Below are positions 10,292 to 21,926 of a stretch of 64,000 bases of DNA, one piece after another. The position numbers and the translations under genes were made by a program. The stretch lies in NCBI GenBank assembly GCA_034226945.1, contig CP120456.1:62001-126000 (forward strand). The letters run 5' to 3'. Source of the DNA: Picochlorum sp. SENEW3 (Eukaryota). Each line of letters starts with the position of its first letter. Position 1 is the first letter of the stretch. Under the pieces are notes generated by a model. The model saw only the letters and a list, made by a program, of their open reading frames with translations, ran no database searches and was not told where the DNA came from.

Positions 10292-13099
10292 TTAAACTTG
10301 CTTCACCATTTTCCTCGGTCCCTCTTCCCCTGGGGGGTTTGGAGGTCTCTTCACAGCTCCATTATTATCTGGTACTCTGACATGTGCAAAGCGGCACTTG
10401 TCTCCATGAATGCACCCTTGAGGTCTATTGAAATATGCACAAATGTTTTGTGTGCTCTGAATATTATTTAACATTGGTCTCGGCGCTCTTTGCTGTGTTG
10501 CTGCTGGCATTGGCTGACTCTGTTGGGTCTTGTTAGCCCCGTGAAGGCCCAACATGGGTTGAAGCTTTTGAGATGCCATCGGTCGATGAGGCCTTTGCTG
10601 TACGATCGGCTGGCGCACAGGCATTTGAGGCTGCTGTTTTGGGGGGTGCAAGCCCTGCATTGTCATAGGAGGCCTTGCAGGGACCGTGCTCTGCGCTGGA
10701 AGCCTCCCATTCATTGGCACAACAGGGGGCTTTTTTGCTGTTACTGTCCTGGCAGAAGCCAGCATTCGTGCTTCTTCAACCGACAGAGGTATTTTGGGGA
10801 CAAGATGCAAGGGTTGTAAAGGCATGCTTGCGCCAACAGGTGGCTCAGCAGGACAGGGTGGTGCCTGCTGAATGCTGCTGTAGGTCACTTGTGGGACACC
10901 TTCCCATTGCTTCTTCCTGGCCACTCTTTCAGTGGACTCCTCACCAGAGGCTGCTGTTCCACATTCCTCAAAAATATCTTGAGGTATCATCGGCGGATCC
11001 CTCCACTCAGTACCAGGCTTCATCGTCCTCAGCCGTTCCTCAACCACTTTCCTCTCCTCCTCCTCCTGTGCTTTGAAGTCCTTCAATGCCTGCGCTTCAG
11101 AATGATGCTGCTGTTTTGCCGCCCGTTCAAAGCTTTCGTGTCCGACATCAGAGGCTACATCCCTCTTGTCTTCTTGTGGGGCTCCATCGTCATCATCATT
11201 TGGATCCGCAGATACCTTGCAGGGTGGCTGGTGCTTCAAAAATAGCCTGACTGCGGTCAATTCCTCCTCCGGTGCCCATCGCAGCTTTTTTCCGGATAAT
11301 TTACGTTTTTGTCTCTTGGGCTCTTCTGGAACACTATCAGCAGCTAATTTGGCCCTCTCCGACGCGGTGAGGCTCGCCAAGTTGGCTGCCAAAGCTGTAT
11401 TGGCTGGTGCCAGAAGAGGAGTGTATGACTTTGCAGGAGATTGACTTTGGGATCTTGCGGGCTGTTGGTAGCCCTGATCTGATAGCGAATCCAAGGGGCT
11501 AGCACTAACTCTTGCGACGGAAGTGCTTCTTTTGGAGCCGGCAATTTGTGATTTTGCAGCATTGGATGCAACAACACGGACACGTTGTGCAGCATTGGAT
11601 TGGTTACTGGGTTTCTTCTCCTGCTTGGAACCAAAGATATCTGCTTCCCCCAAGCCTTGTTGCGTGGATTTGGTTTTCTTTTGGGGTTCTACTTTATTTT
11701 TGGACTCGGAAGCATTCTGCGTCGCGGCAGAAGCGGCGATTGGCTTGTGCTGAGCTGGAGTGGAACTTGTAGGTTTCACATCTGCCAACGCCTTCCATTT
11801 GGCAATCAGAATTCTTGCCTGACTGCGGATGCTTTCCTCAAAATCAGATTTCCGCAACTTGCCAACCATTCTACCCAATTCACTGGGCTTTCGCAGTGCT
11901 GCGAGGGTGATTGGCAGCAATGCCAAGGCACTAAGAGCGTCGGCAACAAACTTTGACCGGCCTTCCAATATGGCCGTATCAAGCCACGCCTCCACTTTCA
12001 TCAATCCTTTGTTTGCTATGAATGCTTTATGGAGATCTGCTCCAGAGTTGTGAAGAACTTTCAGAAGAGCCCTTCGGTGACCCCACTCCGTGGCAGATTC
12101 GAACAGTCTCAATAATCGCGGAAGTTTATCTACCCCATCCACCCCGCCGTCAGACCGCAGGATATGTCCCAGCATGGCGACAAAGGAGTCACCATTGTTG
12201 CTAGGATTTTCAACGGCCCGAGCATCTCCCTGCTTTGCTTCCAAGCAGCGCTGCTTCCAATGTGGATTCAAACAATGTTTACACTTTCCACACTTTTCGG
12301 AAGGTTTGGATCTCCCCTTGAATGTGCGTGTCCTTTTTGGTGCCGATGTGCCCGCGGCGGACTCCGGTTCGGCGGAGGAGGACGGGGCATCATCCATGTC
12401 GCTGTCACTATCGAGGCGTATTTCAAGGTCATCGCACATGAGCTCGCTATTCGGCATGTCTTCAGACAAATGACCTGCAAAAATATATGAAAATATTTGT
12501 TATGTTTCTTTCTCACGCATTTCAAAACTAAAGTCGTTCAACGCGGGTCCTGAGTTGGCAACCCCCCTGTGGAACCCGGGGCTCGAGGCGAGCTCGCCAG
12601 AGTCGGAAAACTGTCGCGTTCCTCTTTCAAACTCGTGCCTCCAGAATCCTTCTACGAGGATCCTCAGACACGATAGAAATTAAATCACGCTTTTTGGAGA
12701 GAAATATGTTGTTGGATGGCGCATAGCGATGCTTGATGGCCACATCCGTCAACCTCGTCACCGGGAACAGCTTGAGGCATCCATCACAGCGTCGCGCTGA
12801 TGGGCCATCCCAAGCAAATACCTGGCATTTCTGTCATGCTCAAAAGCAACGCATTAGCCTCACACAGACTTTGTCGGCACAGCTCCATACACCAGAATTG
12901 TACATTTCGTTCAGAAACCCGCATGGATACTCAGACCCACGTGGTACACAATGCCGGACAGGGGGGTGCTACTCTCAGTCAATGCGCTACCGCCAAATCG
13001 AATTCAAGAAGACGCCTCCTCAAAGAGTCCGACTCAGAGGGCCCATCCACGAAGCCCAACCGATACCTTAACATCATACGCACCTGTTTCATCTGCCAT
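10292..13099 (-). CDS. PNUTS/PPP1R10-like PP1 regulator: Cys-rich motif, TFIIS-N-type domain, RVxF-type motif, CCCH zinc finger; exons 13099-13084, 12474-10292
   Basis: TFIIS-N-like LALLPIT...LGRMVGKLRK...ARILIAKWK; KKLRWAPEEELTAVRLF; C-terminal CAYFNRPQGCIHGDKCRFAH. Exon 1 MADETG splices in frame. Confidence 0.7.
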
Positions 13100-13708
13100 G
13101 TCTACAATATGAAGGATAAATCTCTAAAAAAAGGGGGGTCCTCGCGGTCTCCTCCTCCCTCTTCAATGCCTGCGCCGTGTTGTGGCTACCAGATCACTCA
13201 GCGATGCGCTCGAAGGGCACGACTGAATAAATAAATGAACTAGTTCCGCGAAGAACGTATCAAGAGTACAAACTCGTGATAGAGGAGTCAACCTTGGATC
13301 ACCGCTCGAACAACAACACAAACCCTCCTCCTCTCGTTCACGCGAACACACGCATACGTTGGATTCAGTTCGTAAAAGTATAAAGTATGTGTACCTACGG
13401 GGCAGAGGATGTACACAGGTGGAGCTTGAGTCTTGTTGCCAAGTGTACGCGGGGGAAGACTCGCAGACGCCGGGAAAATCCGTCAAAGGCGGACACGAGG
13501 TGTCTATAGAAACAGTTCTTCGTTCGTTCTAGTGATACGTAAGCGAGTATCACAATATATATATGTATTTCGAAATTGTTTTCATGGTTGGTCTGAGGAG
13601 CTCTATGTGAGAAAAGTGGACATCGTCATGGTCGGATGACATGTCCCATTGGCCGTAGCATTTGATGGGGCATTGTTTGCAATCGCAATCAAGCAGTAGA
13701 TTGCGATC

Positions 13709-14596
13709 ATGCTTGGCATGTATTCCGCTATGAAGATACATCAAATGAAAATTGCCTTGTTGTATGATATGGTACAAATGCTCGGAATGCTTGGGTGGTG
13801 TGACACCAACCTGGTGGGCTTCCAACCAAGAAGGTGTTTGAAAGTGACATGTCAAAGAACTCCTAAAGATCCCAGTTCGTATGGGTCTATCAAAGAAATA
13901 CGGCGAGAATTAGAGGATGCCAAGGGACAAGTTCCTTTTAGTCTGACTAAGACCATCCAATGGCTTGGCGATGCAGTGAATAATGGGGGTGGATCACTGG
14001 CATTCAAAGCCTACTCATGGGTTCTGGGTCTTGATCAGCCAGCTGGATGGAGGGCTCCACAGGAATCTCCTGAGGAGGAGATGCAGAGGCTAAAGGATAT
14101 AGAGCAAGAGTTCGACCCAATTACGTTGAGACAGCTCGAGGTTGTGTTGCTCATGTCAAGACAAAGTGTATTGAAACTTGTGAGGCGGTGTCCTGAATTG
14201 AAAAATGTAAATTCCGCCGAGCTGATGACTAGAATGATGGAATTAAAACGACTTTTTCCCCAAAATGATATAGCTAGAATGATAGATCTGGTTCCCACTG
14301 GGTTATTGGTGCGTCCATGGGAAGAGACGTATGAACAGTTGGTCCAGGCAACGACCATCCTACGAGAAGGACTGGAGGGAGCGGATGTTGACGCAATTTT
14401 TGAGGAGGACCCAACGATATTGTTCGAGGAGCCAGAGAGTCTGCGCATTGGTATAAGAAGAATGGATGAATTATGGAATATAAATGCGGAAATGTTGAGC
14501 AATTCGAGCGCGGATGAACTTGCATTGGCAGTTCGAGCACTTGGAATCAAGGGTGCTCCCAACAATATCAATGAAATTGGTGGCGAAAGTCACTAG
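13709..14596 (+). CDS. Hypothetical helical protein, probably plastid-targeted (weakly mTERF-like); start uncertain
   Basis: 295-aa ORF with transit-peptide-like N-terminus and repeated LVRRCPEL / MIDLVPTGL / IFEEDPTIL units. Confidence 0.6.
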   Translation: MLGMYSAMKIHQMKIALLYDMVQMLGMLGWCDTNLVGFQPRRCLKVTCQRTPKDPSSYGSIKEIRRELEDAKGQVPFSLTKTIQWLGDAVNNGGGSLAFKAYSWVLGLDQPAGWRAPQESPEEEMQRLKDIEQEFDPITLRQLEVVLLMSRQSVLKLVRRCPELKNVNSAELMTRMMELKRLFPQNDIARMIDLVPTGLLVRPWEETYEQLVQATTILREGLEGADVDAIFEEDPTILFEEPESLRIGIRRMDELWNINAEMLSNSSADELALAVRALGIKGAPNNINEIGGESH

Positions 14597-14668
14597 GCGA
14601 AAGTCACTAGGCGAAAGTCACTAGGCGAAAGTCACTAGGCGAAAGTCACTAGGCGAAAGTCACTAGGC
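14582..14668. repeat. Perfect 14-bp tandem repeat (GGCGAAAGTCACTA) x6 plus GGC
   Basis: Read directly from the sequence; no spacers between units. Confidence 0.97.
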
Positions 14669-14694
14669 TTCCTCGATTGCATGCTGATAGGAGG

Positions 14695-16712
14695 CTACTG
14701 GTAAACCTTGACGACAAAGCTTTCAATCTGCAGGGCATAGAAGAGAAAAACGAATAATGAAGGTAATGGAACAGACGGATGTAGATTGATTCTACTGTAA
14801 TGCAATGTACCTTTTCCTTGTCCAGAGGGCAACAGCGCTTCTCCTCTGGCAACTCGAAAATCTTCTTGCAGTCCCGTCTGCACACGACTCTGTGTCCGCA
14901 TGGAGCAAAAATGACTTCCGCCGGTCGATCATAGCAGATGACGCATTTGTTATGATGACACTCGTCATCAAAAGGTGATGTTTTTCTTGGGCTCCTGTGA
15001 GATCTTGAGCCAGAGGATGCCAGCCTTGCAAACAATCGCTCCCTTCTCAATATATCAAGGATCTCTTTGTTTTCATATTCATTGGCTATACTAAATGCAG
15101 TATTGCCATCTTCATCTGCAATCGAAATCTTGGCTCCTCTGCAAGGGAAAAACACGGAAAATTCGTTTGAGGAAGAAAACAGAAACGACGAGCGCTATTA
15201 AACGAATCTTACCTGGAGGTCAGGAGCTTTGTCATATCAACGTCCTCATGGTGTACAGATTTTATTAAGGCAGTTCTCCCACGCTGATCAACGCCGTCAA
15301 TATTTGCTCCATGTTTCAACAACAGATCAAGCAGAATCCTTGCTCTGCTGACCCCGCTGTACACTGAATTCACGGCAAATTTCGGAATCACAGAATTCTT
15401 AGCATCTTCAGAGATTGATGAGTACTTCAGAGAGATGAAAATTGCATCAATAATGTAGCGCCTGACCATGAAATCGAACAGAGTTTGTTTGCTCCAGGAG
15501 TTCTGGCCTGTTCCCCTCAAGCGTCCAAAGAGTTCCTCGAATCCAGGTAGACCAATATCTCCAGACTCATAACCTTCAGAATCGTAGCTCTCTGGATCGA
15601 AAAGTTCTGGATGGTGGGATTCATCCTCAGACTGATCATTTGTGTCATCCTGGCCCTCAGCTTCAGCCTCAGAGTGCTCTTCCTCATCACCCTCCTCGTT
15701 CGTGTTTGTGATATTCTGTAGCGAGGAACTTGCGTCATCTGAGTAGTCTTCTATCGTGGAAGACCTGTTGGAGGGTTTTATGGGCTCAAAGAGGGCTTGC
15801 TGAACTTTTCCTTGGGCTTTTAGGAATGCAAGTCCATCCTGCAGGTTTACAAAGTAGAACATGCGAGTCAGCAAAAAGAACTCTAAAAATACCATCAGCG
15901 ACTACACTTACCTCCAAAAATTTGAGATACAAGGCTTTTCCTTGACTGATGCGTTCAATAATAATCATGAGAGGGCAATCATGAATCGAAGTGTCGCACT
16001 GGAGTAAGTTGCAGCCAGAACGAATCATGCAGTTGAAGAGATCACGTCTCTTGCCCTCAGATTTCAACACAAAAACAGCTAGAGGGCTGAGATCCTCATC
16101 TGATAAAGAGCTCTTAAGCACGTCACATTCACTGAAATCAAATATAGTTTTCAGGGCTCGTTCGTCCATCATCTTGGCTGCGAGGTGCAAAATGTTGTAC
16201 CTTTTATGCCCTCTCTTGTTGAGTGGATATGCCTCTGGATTCTTCCTGTGATTCTTCAAATAAGTTTTCAGTCCGCTGTAATCCTTCAGTTTGATGAGAG
16301 AAATTGGTTTATCATCCTCATCCTTCCGGAGAGATTTCTTTCTGGCCTCCATTTCAGCAAAACCAGACCTGAAAAAATCCTCAATTTCCTTCTGCATTTT
16401 TTCATAAGTTTTTGCAAAATGCTCGTCTTCTGCCACTCTCCCATTTCCAAAGATCATGGCTAGCGTTGATACCGCCATGAAACTACCATCTCGCTGACCC
16501 TCAAGCACCTGCTGCCAAAACATATTGGTGGAAGCAGATCCAGGGCGATCGTAGCTCTCCTTTAGGGCATCAAGGAGCTCCTCCTCCCAGCTCCCGAATT
16601 CGTACCCCTCGCGTGGAAGCATTGTACGAACCACTCTTGTTCGGAAGCTGACATCTTTGTAATCCTTCCACGAGCTGTCCAATTCCCAGAAGAATTCTTC
16701 AGCAAGGCCCAT
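14695..16712 (-). CDS. Ankyrin-repeat protein with C-terminal RING (putative E3 ligase); exons 16712-15912, 15838-15213, 15138-14811, 14727-14695
   Basis: GANIDGVDQRGRTAL and GAKISIADEDGNTAF ankyrin motifs; CVIC...PCGH...C..DC...CPLD RING-like motif; three frame-preserving GT-AG introns. Confidence 0.85.
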
Positions 16713-17052
16713 ATTTCTCCCAGAATCACAGTTGTACGACACTGTCCTATGCTAACCCTCGATGTGACCGAATTAGACAAAATATAAAAACGTCAATAAT
16801 AAAAATTGCAACTTCTAAACCGCGGTTACATTTTCTCAATCGCACACGATTGTAAAACACCGGGATCGAATTCAGCCAGCGCAATAGTGCGCATCGATCC
16901 AGGTAGCTACGCCAGATATCTGGCCCATCGATGGGATGACTGTGCAATGCGAGTAACGCAGTGACATACTGTGCAGGACGATTTATAAATCTCGGCCACT
17001 CTCCTCCCAAAAGTGGTGGGCAATTTGACGGGAACAGCAGAATTACACATCT

Positions 17053-17614
17053 CTAATAAATTCTCTTTTTGAAGATGACAATTGATGCAATGTTTGCCAC
17101 AACTACACATGCAGCCGCAATGAAAAGCAGATCCTGCAGCTTGGCCTTGGGATTCACTGTTGCTCTATATACATAAAATACCGAGTACACTACGATGGGA
17201 GAGAAGGCAATCAAAGTTCCAGCATTTGTGAACCCTAAGAAACCAGACGATTGATTTGCTGCATCCACTGCCTCATCAGCCAAAGCTGGTCCACAGTATC
17301 CCATCAGACTCATCGCCATTGGCAGAGGCATGTTCAGAAGCGAATCTGTGAGAGAGGGCTTGAGCTCTTGCGTCTTCTGATTCTGCATCCTCACTCTGCA
17401 GAGTCTCCTCTTCGTACCAACCACTCTGCACAGCATATTGCCACATCAACCATTCAGTTACCCTTGAAAAATATTATTCCAAACATGGCAGACATTATTG
17501 TGCAAAAACAAGCGCTATGACCACAATGCGAGCCTATCGCAACCAGTACCTTGCTGCTCCATTCCCAGCCAACGCAACTTTGCTAAATGGATGGGTTTTT
17601 GTGACGGCTACCAT
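17053..17614 (-). CDS. Small putative thylakoid/plastid protein with two TM helices; exons 17614-17550, 17425-17053
   Basis: Transit peptide with an ALA|DE signal-peptidase-like site and two hydrophobic segments; intron preserves frame. Confidence 0.65.
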
Positions 17615-18020
17615 GCTGAAACTTTCAGGAAGCAATAAAAAATGATTAAAGGAATTTCCAAATCCACAACAGGTGGCCGAAACAGGCCATCATATCGTTG
17701 CCAAATCCATTGCCATCTGGATAATCTGCTCAATTTCTAGTGAGCACCATCAGAAATGATGGTCTCGACACTGCCTAACAAGCAATGACCGGATAACAGG
17801 TGTCCTATCGAATGTCTCTAAACACGAACAGGTCACTGCCGATAGGCATTCTGCCTGTCTGACACTAGCAAGGTGTCTGGCGGCAGCCATATATATGGCT
17901 GCTCTGCAGAGCGCCCTCACATCTTGCCAGACTGTGCAGGCATTAATCCACCAAATCTCTCTGTGCAAGTACCTCAGTAGCGCATTGTCAACGTAAGTAA
18001 CATAAGCATATTTGAAAAAT

Positions 18021-19584
18021 ATGTCTGTCAAAATGTATACCATGGTCTGCGATAGATGCAGTATTCGGCCCACCTGTGGTAGGCCTTGGTCCTCCAAGCA
18101 GCAAGGTGCGTTAAGACTGAGTAGTTGGATACCCATTCATGGTCAGATCTAACCATCGTAAGATAATTTCTGAAATAGGGAATGGGCACAAGGCAAATAG
18201 GCGAAACGTGGCCCTGCATATGTGCTCTGCGAGGACAGACAATGTCATGGCTACAGTATCACCAAGCGATATTGAGGATCCTTGGCTGGCCCAAGTTGCT
18301 TCTGTAGCACTTGATGGGACCCAAAGCCCAGCAATGAAGGGTTTGAACGATGTTTGCGCAAGTGCAGTCAAGTCGCTCCGCGTTCCCACAACTCGAAATG
18401 AGGAGTACAGGTTCACGGATTTGTCTTGCCTGACGGGACTCGATGCTTGCGTGCCAGAAACGCCTACAGAGGATATGGTCACAGAAGTTGCTTCCAAGTC
18501 TACATTAAAGTGCGATTCCATCAGGATTGTCTTGGTCAACGGTCAGGTCCATGCTGTTGACACCAGGGCTGTCCAGCTTCCAAGCAACGTGTATGTCGGA
18601 CCTGCAGCCAATGCTCCAGGAGACGTTCTCAAGTTTTCTTTGGGTGCTCAATCAAAGACTCGTGGGGGACCGTTTGCCACCCTCAATGGAGCAAGCGCAA
18701 AGGATTGTGCAGTCATCTACATTCCGGAGGATTGCAATCTGGAGGCACCAATTCACATCATCAATATCTCGTCAGGGGGAAAGGATGGAAACACCATCGC
18801 ATTCTCCTCCCCTCGTACTCTTGTTTTCCTTGAATCAGGAGCATCTGCTCAGCTTGTTGAGGAATATGTGACACTGAATGTCTCTGGCAATGGCACATAT
18901 GCAAGCATACCTGTGACGGAAATCGAATTGGACGATAATGCATCCTTGTCACACAAGTTTGTGGAATTAGAAGATGAAAATGCAATCAATTTGAAGTCTA
19001 CATTAGTGTCACAGGGTACTGAAAGCTCTTACTCTCTCATCGAAGTCAGGCTCGGTGGAAAGTTGAGCCGACATGATGCAAGCATTGTTCAGCTGGGGGA
19101 ACGCACCTCTACTGAAATGAAACACTTTATACTTGCCGGAGAGGACCAACTTCATGATTTGCACACAAAATTAGCACTGGATCATCCAGAAGGTACAGCA
19201 GACCAGATTCATAAATGCATTGCTGCAACTGATTCATCAAAGGGAGTTTTTGATGGCAATGTCAAAGTCAATAGGATGGCTCAGAGGACAGATGCAGGAC
19301 AGTTGAGTAAGAACCTGCTGCTCGCCCCCAAAGCAACAGTTAATGTGAAGCCAAATCTTCAAATTATTGCGGATGATGTCAAGTGCACTCACGGCTGCAC
19401 CGTGAGTGACTTGGAAGAGGAGCAACTGTTTTACCTCCAGGCAAGAGGGATTGACCCCATGACTGCACGGAAGATGCTCGTGTATTCATTTGGTGGGGAG
19501 GTTATTCAGCGATTGGAAGATCCATCGCTGACCGACAGGGTACAAGAACAAGCAACTGAAAGTTTGAACAAAGTTTTTAATTGA
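18021..19584 (+). CDS. SUFD: Plastid Fe-S cluster scaffold SufD; exons 18021-18105, 18179-19584
   Basis: PTTRNEEYRFTD, GVFDGNVKV, KPNLQIIADDVKCTHG and LFYLQARGI motifs. Confidence 0.93.
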
Positions 19585-19599
19585 TATTTCACGTGCATT

Positions 19600-20502
19600 T
19601 TATTCGATACTATTCAATTCAAAGGCAAAATACAACTTTGATGCAACAGATTTGCACCATGCCAATTCCTTTGCACTCATTGCACGCTCTCTGTCGCACA
19701 CGAGCAACATGCAACCAACATCAGGTAATGTGCCATCAGCAAGCGTCTGCAGAGGAGAAACTGGTATTTGCACCATACCACCTGCGCCTGATGGAACAAT
19801 TCCACATGTACTATACTTGGATGAACTGATCTCTGCCTTGCTTTGCAAATATCGAAAGTGTGAAGCCTCCTCAATACCCATCCTTTTATACTCCTTCAAT
19901 GCTAGATTCAAACAATCTTTACCCTGAATTGCCACTCCAAGTGCGCCTCGGCATAGTACCATCTCACCTCTAATATACAGACACATGCCACAGACATTGG
20001 CATTTTTCAATACAGCAAATGAAGCCCACGCCGCTTCTTCCTTCTGCGCCTCTGACATGGATTCTGAAATAGCAAAGACGTTGGAAGAACCTTCCAAATC
20101 CTCTACTGGAGCTCTTCGCCCTTTGCCAGGCGTTGACTCTTCTATTGTCCTCTGCAGTCTTGGTGCTACGATGCCCACCCCAGCCAACACCATGCCCAAC
20201 ACCTCTGTCACCGTCTGCGAAGGCCCAGATGATTCTCCAGATATAATATGATTGGCGACCAGCAAACATGCGCCCAAAACCCCCACAACCCTCGGGATCA
20301 GAGCGTCATCAAACCCAGGGATACCAAGAGTGAAACGAAACACAGCGAGCTCTACATCCTCATTGGAAGCTCGAGCGTATACTCGACGCGATCTACTCTG
20401 CGACTGATATGATAAATACCTCGAATGCATCATCATCTGGCTCTGCCCAGGCAAACGGTGTTCACAGGGACTACAGGGCCCTAACGCCAGCACAGCCTTC
20501 AT
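19600..20502 (-). CDS. CCB2: Cofactor assembly of complex C (cytochrome b6 heme c') subunit CCB2
   Basis: VFRFTLGIPGFDD..IPRVVG...LLVANH and EEAAWASFAVLKNAN motifs. Confidence 0.85.
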   Translation of the reverse strand: MKAVLALGPCSPCEHRLPGQSQMMMHSRYLSYQSQSRSRRVYARASNEDVELAVFRFTLGIPGFDDALIPRVVGVLGACLLVANHIISGESSGPSQTVTEVLGMVLAGVGIVAPRLQRTIEESTPGKGRRAPVEDLEGSSNVFAISESMSEAQKEEAAWASFAVLKNANVCGMCLYIRGEMVLCRGALGVAIQGKDCLNLALKEYKRMGIEEASHFRYLQSKAEISSSKYSTCGIVPSGAGGMVQIPVSPLQTLADGTLPDVGCMLLVCDRERAMSAKELAWCKSVASKLYFAFELNSIE

Positions 20503-20755
20503 TCTGAATCAATGTCATACAACAGCGATGGTCAATTCATATGATTTTGTACATTATGTATAAAATTAAGATATGCCGCATTCAAGGCGTTCCATAGAGT
20601 CATGGGTGTGGACTGCATTTTGAGTGTTGGGTACCCATCACCATTGGATGTGGAGGCCATGCATCGTTTCAAAAAAAATACCATCATCTGCGGCTACAGA
20701 TCCACCGAACACATGACGCAACCAAATAAATAAATAAATACGGTATTAATTGCTC

Positions 20756-21906
20756 ATGTCCCAATCCTCTCTGTATCCCATCTCTGGTGTACCGCCACTG
20801 AGGGAGACGAGAGTACGAACACAGTCAACACGGACTTCAGCCACTGGCCTGCGTCTCAAGGTCTATGACTTGCATGATAGAGTAGTACCTTTTGAGGAGG
20901 TACGATTAGATTGGCAGTATCATTCAAATGCGTGACACAGAGATAGGGAGAGAGGAATGAGAATGTTTTTGGTAAAACATGCACACATACAATGCTGTAA
21001 CCCACACTAATTAATGAATTACAATGCAGGGTTGGAGGTGGCAAAAAGCTCTTGTCGAGGAGACAATTTCAGGTTCGTCTTGATGATGTCAAACGTATAC
21101 GTCATACCCTCTGCTAGTACTCATGATACTGATGGTCACTTCCCACAAATGATGCAGGTGGTACAGATCTCCTTGGGTCTCTCATCATTCTCCAGCATGA
21201 CCCAGTGTATACTCTTGGGGAAGGGTCCACACTAGATAATTTAAAATTTGATGTCGATGATCCCCCTCATCCCCTCTTCCGAATAGAGCGAGGAGGCGAA
21301 GTGACATACCATGGGCCAGGCCAGCTTGTCATGTATCCAATTTTGAATTTAAAACTGCTGCAGACAGATCTCCACTGGTACTTGAGAAATTTAGAACAAA
21401 TTATCATTGCGTAGGTAGTTTGCCTGATAATTAAATATCGTGCCCTCTCCTTCCGACATGCCTCATGTGACAAGGTATTGTGTGTGTGTGTGTTTAGGTG
21501 TTTAGAAAATGTGTCAGGCATCACAGCTGGTAGGATCCAGGGCCTCACTGGTGTCTGGGTAGGGAGCCAAAAAGTAGCAGCTATAGGTATACGTGCAACC
21601 AAATGGGTGACATATCACGGACTGGCGCTCAATGTCACCACCAACATTGACGAGTTTGAATGCATTATTCCATGTGGCATAGAAGACAAGTCTGTGACCA
21701 GTGTGCATCATATCTTGCACCAGAAAAGCATTGAAGACGGTTGCCAGTACGTTCCAGAAGCCATCTCAACGCCAGCAGAGGATACCTTACTGTTGGAATA
21801 CAGCTATGGACTTCAAGATGCCTTCTCACACATCTTTGGCATTGACATGAACGATTTCTGTGTGGTCTCTGGACAAGATGCCATTGACGAATTAAATAAT
21901 AAGTAG
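20756..21906 (+). CDS. LIP2: Octanoyltransferase LipB; exons 20756-20899, 21030-21072, 21158-21410, 21498-21906
   Basis: [35 protein letters not shown] and IIPCGI motifs; three GT-AG introns in frame. Confidence 0.92.
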
Positions 21907-21926
21907 CATATATTTATGTAAACGAT

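Noticed and set aside
14582..14668. CRISPR array
   Set aside because: Units are contiguous with no spacers, no cas genes are present, and the context is eukaryotic.
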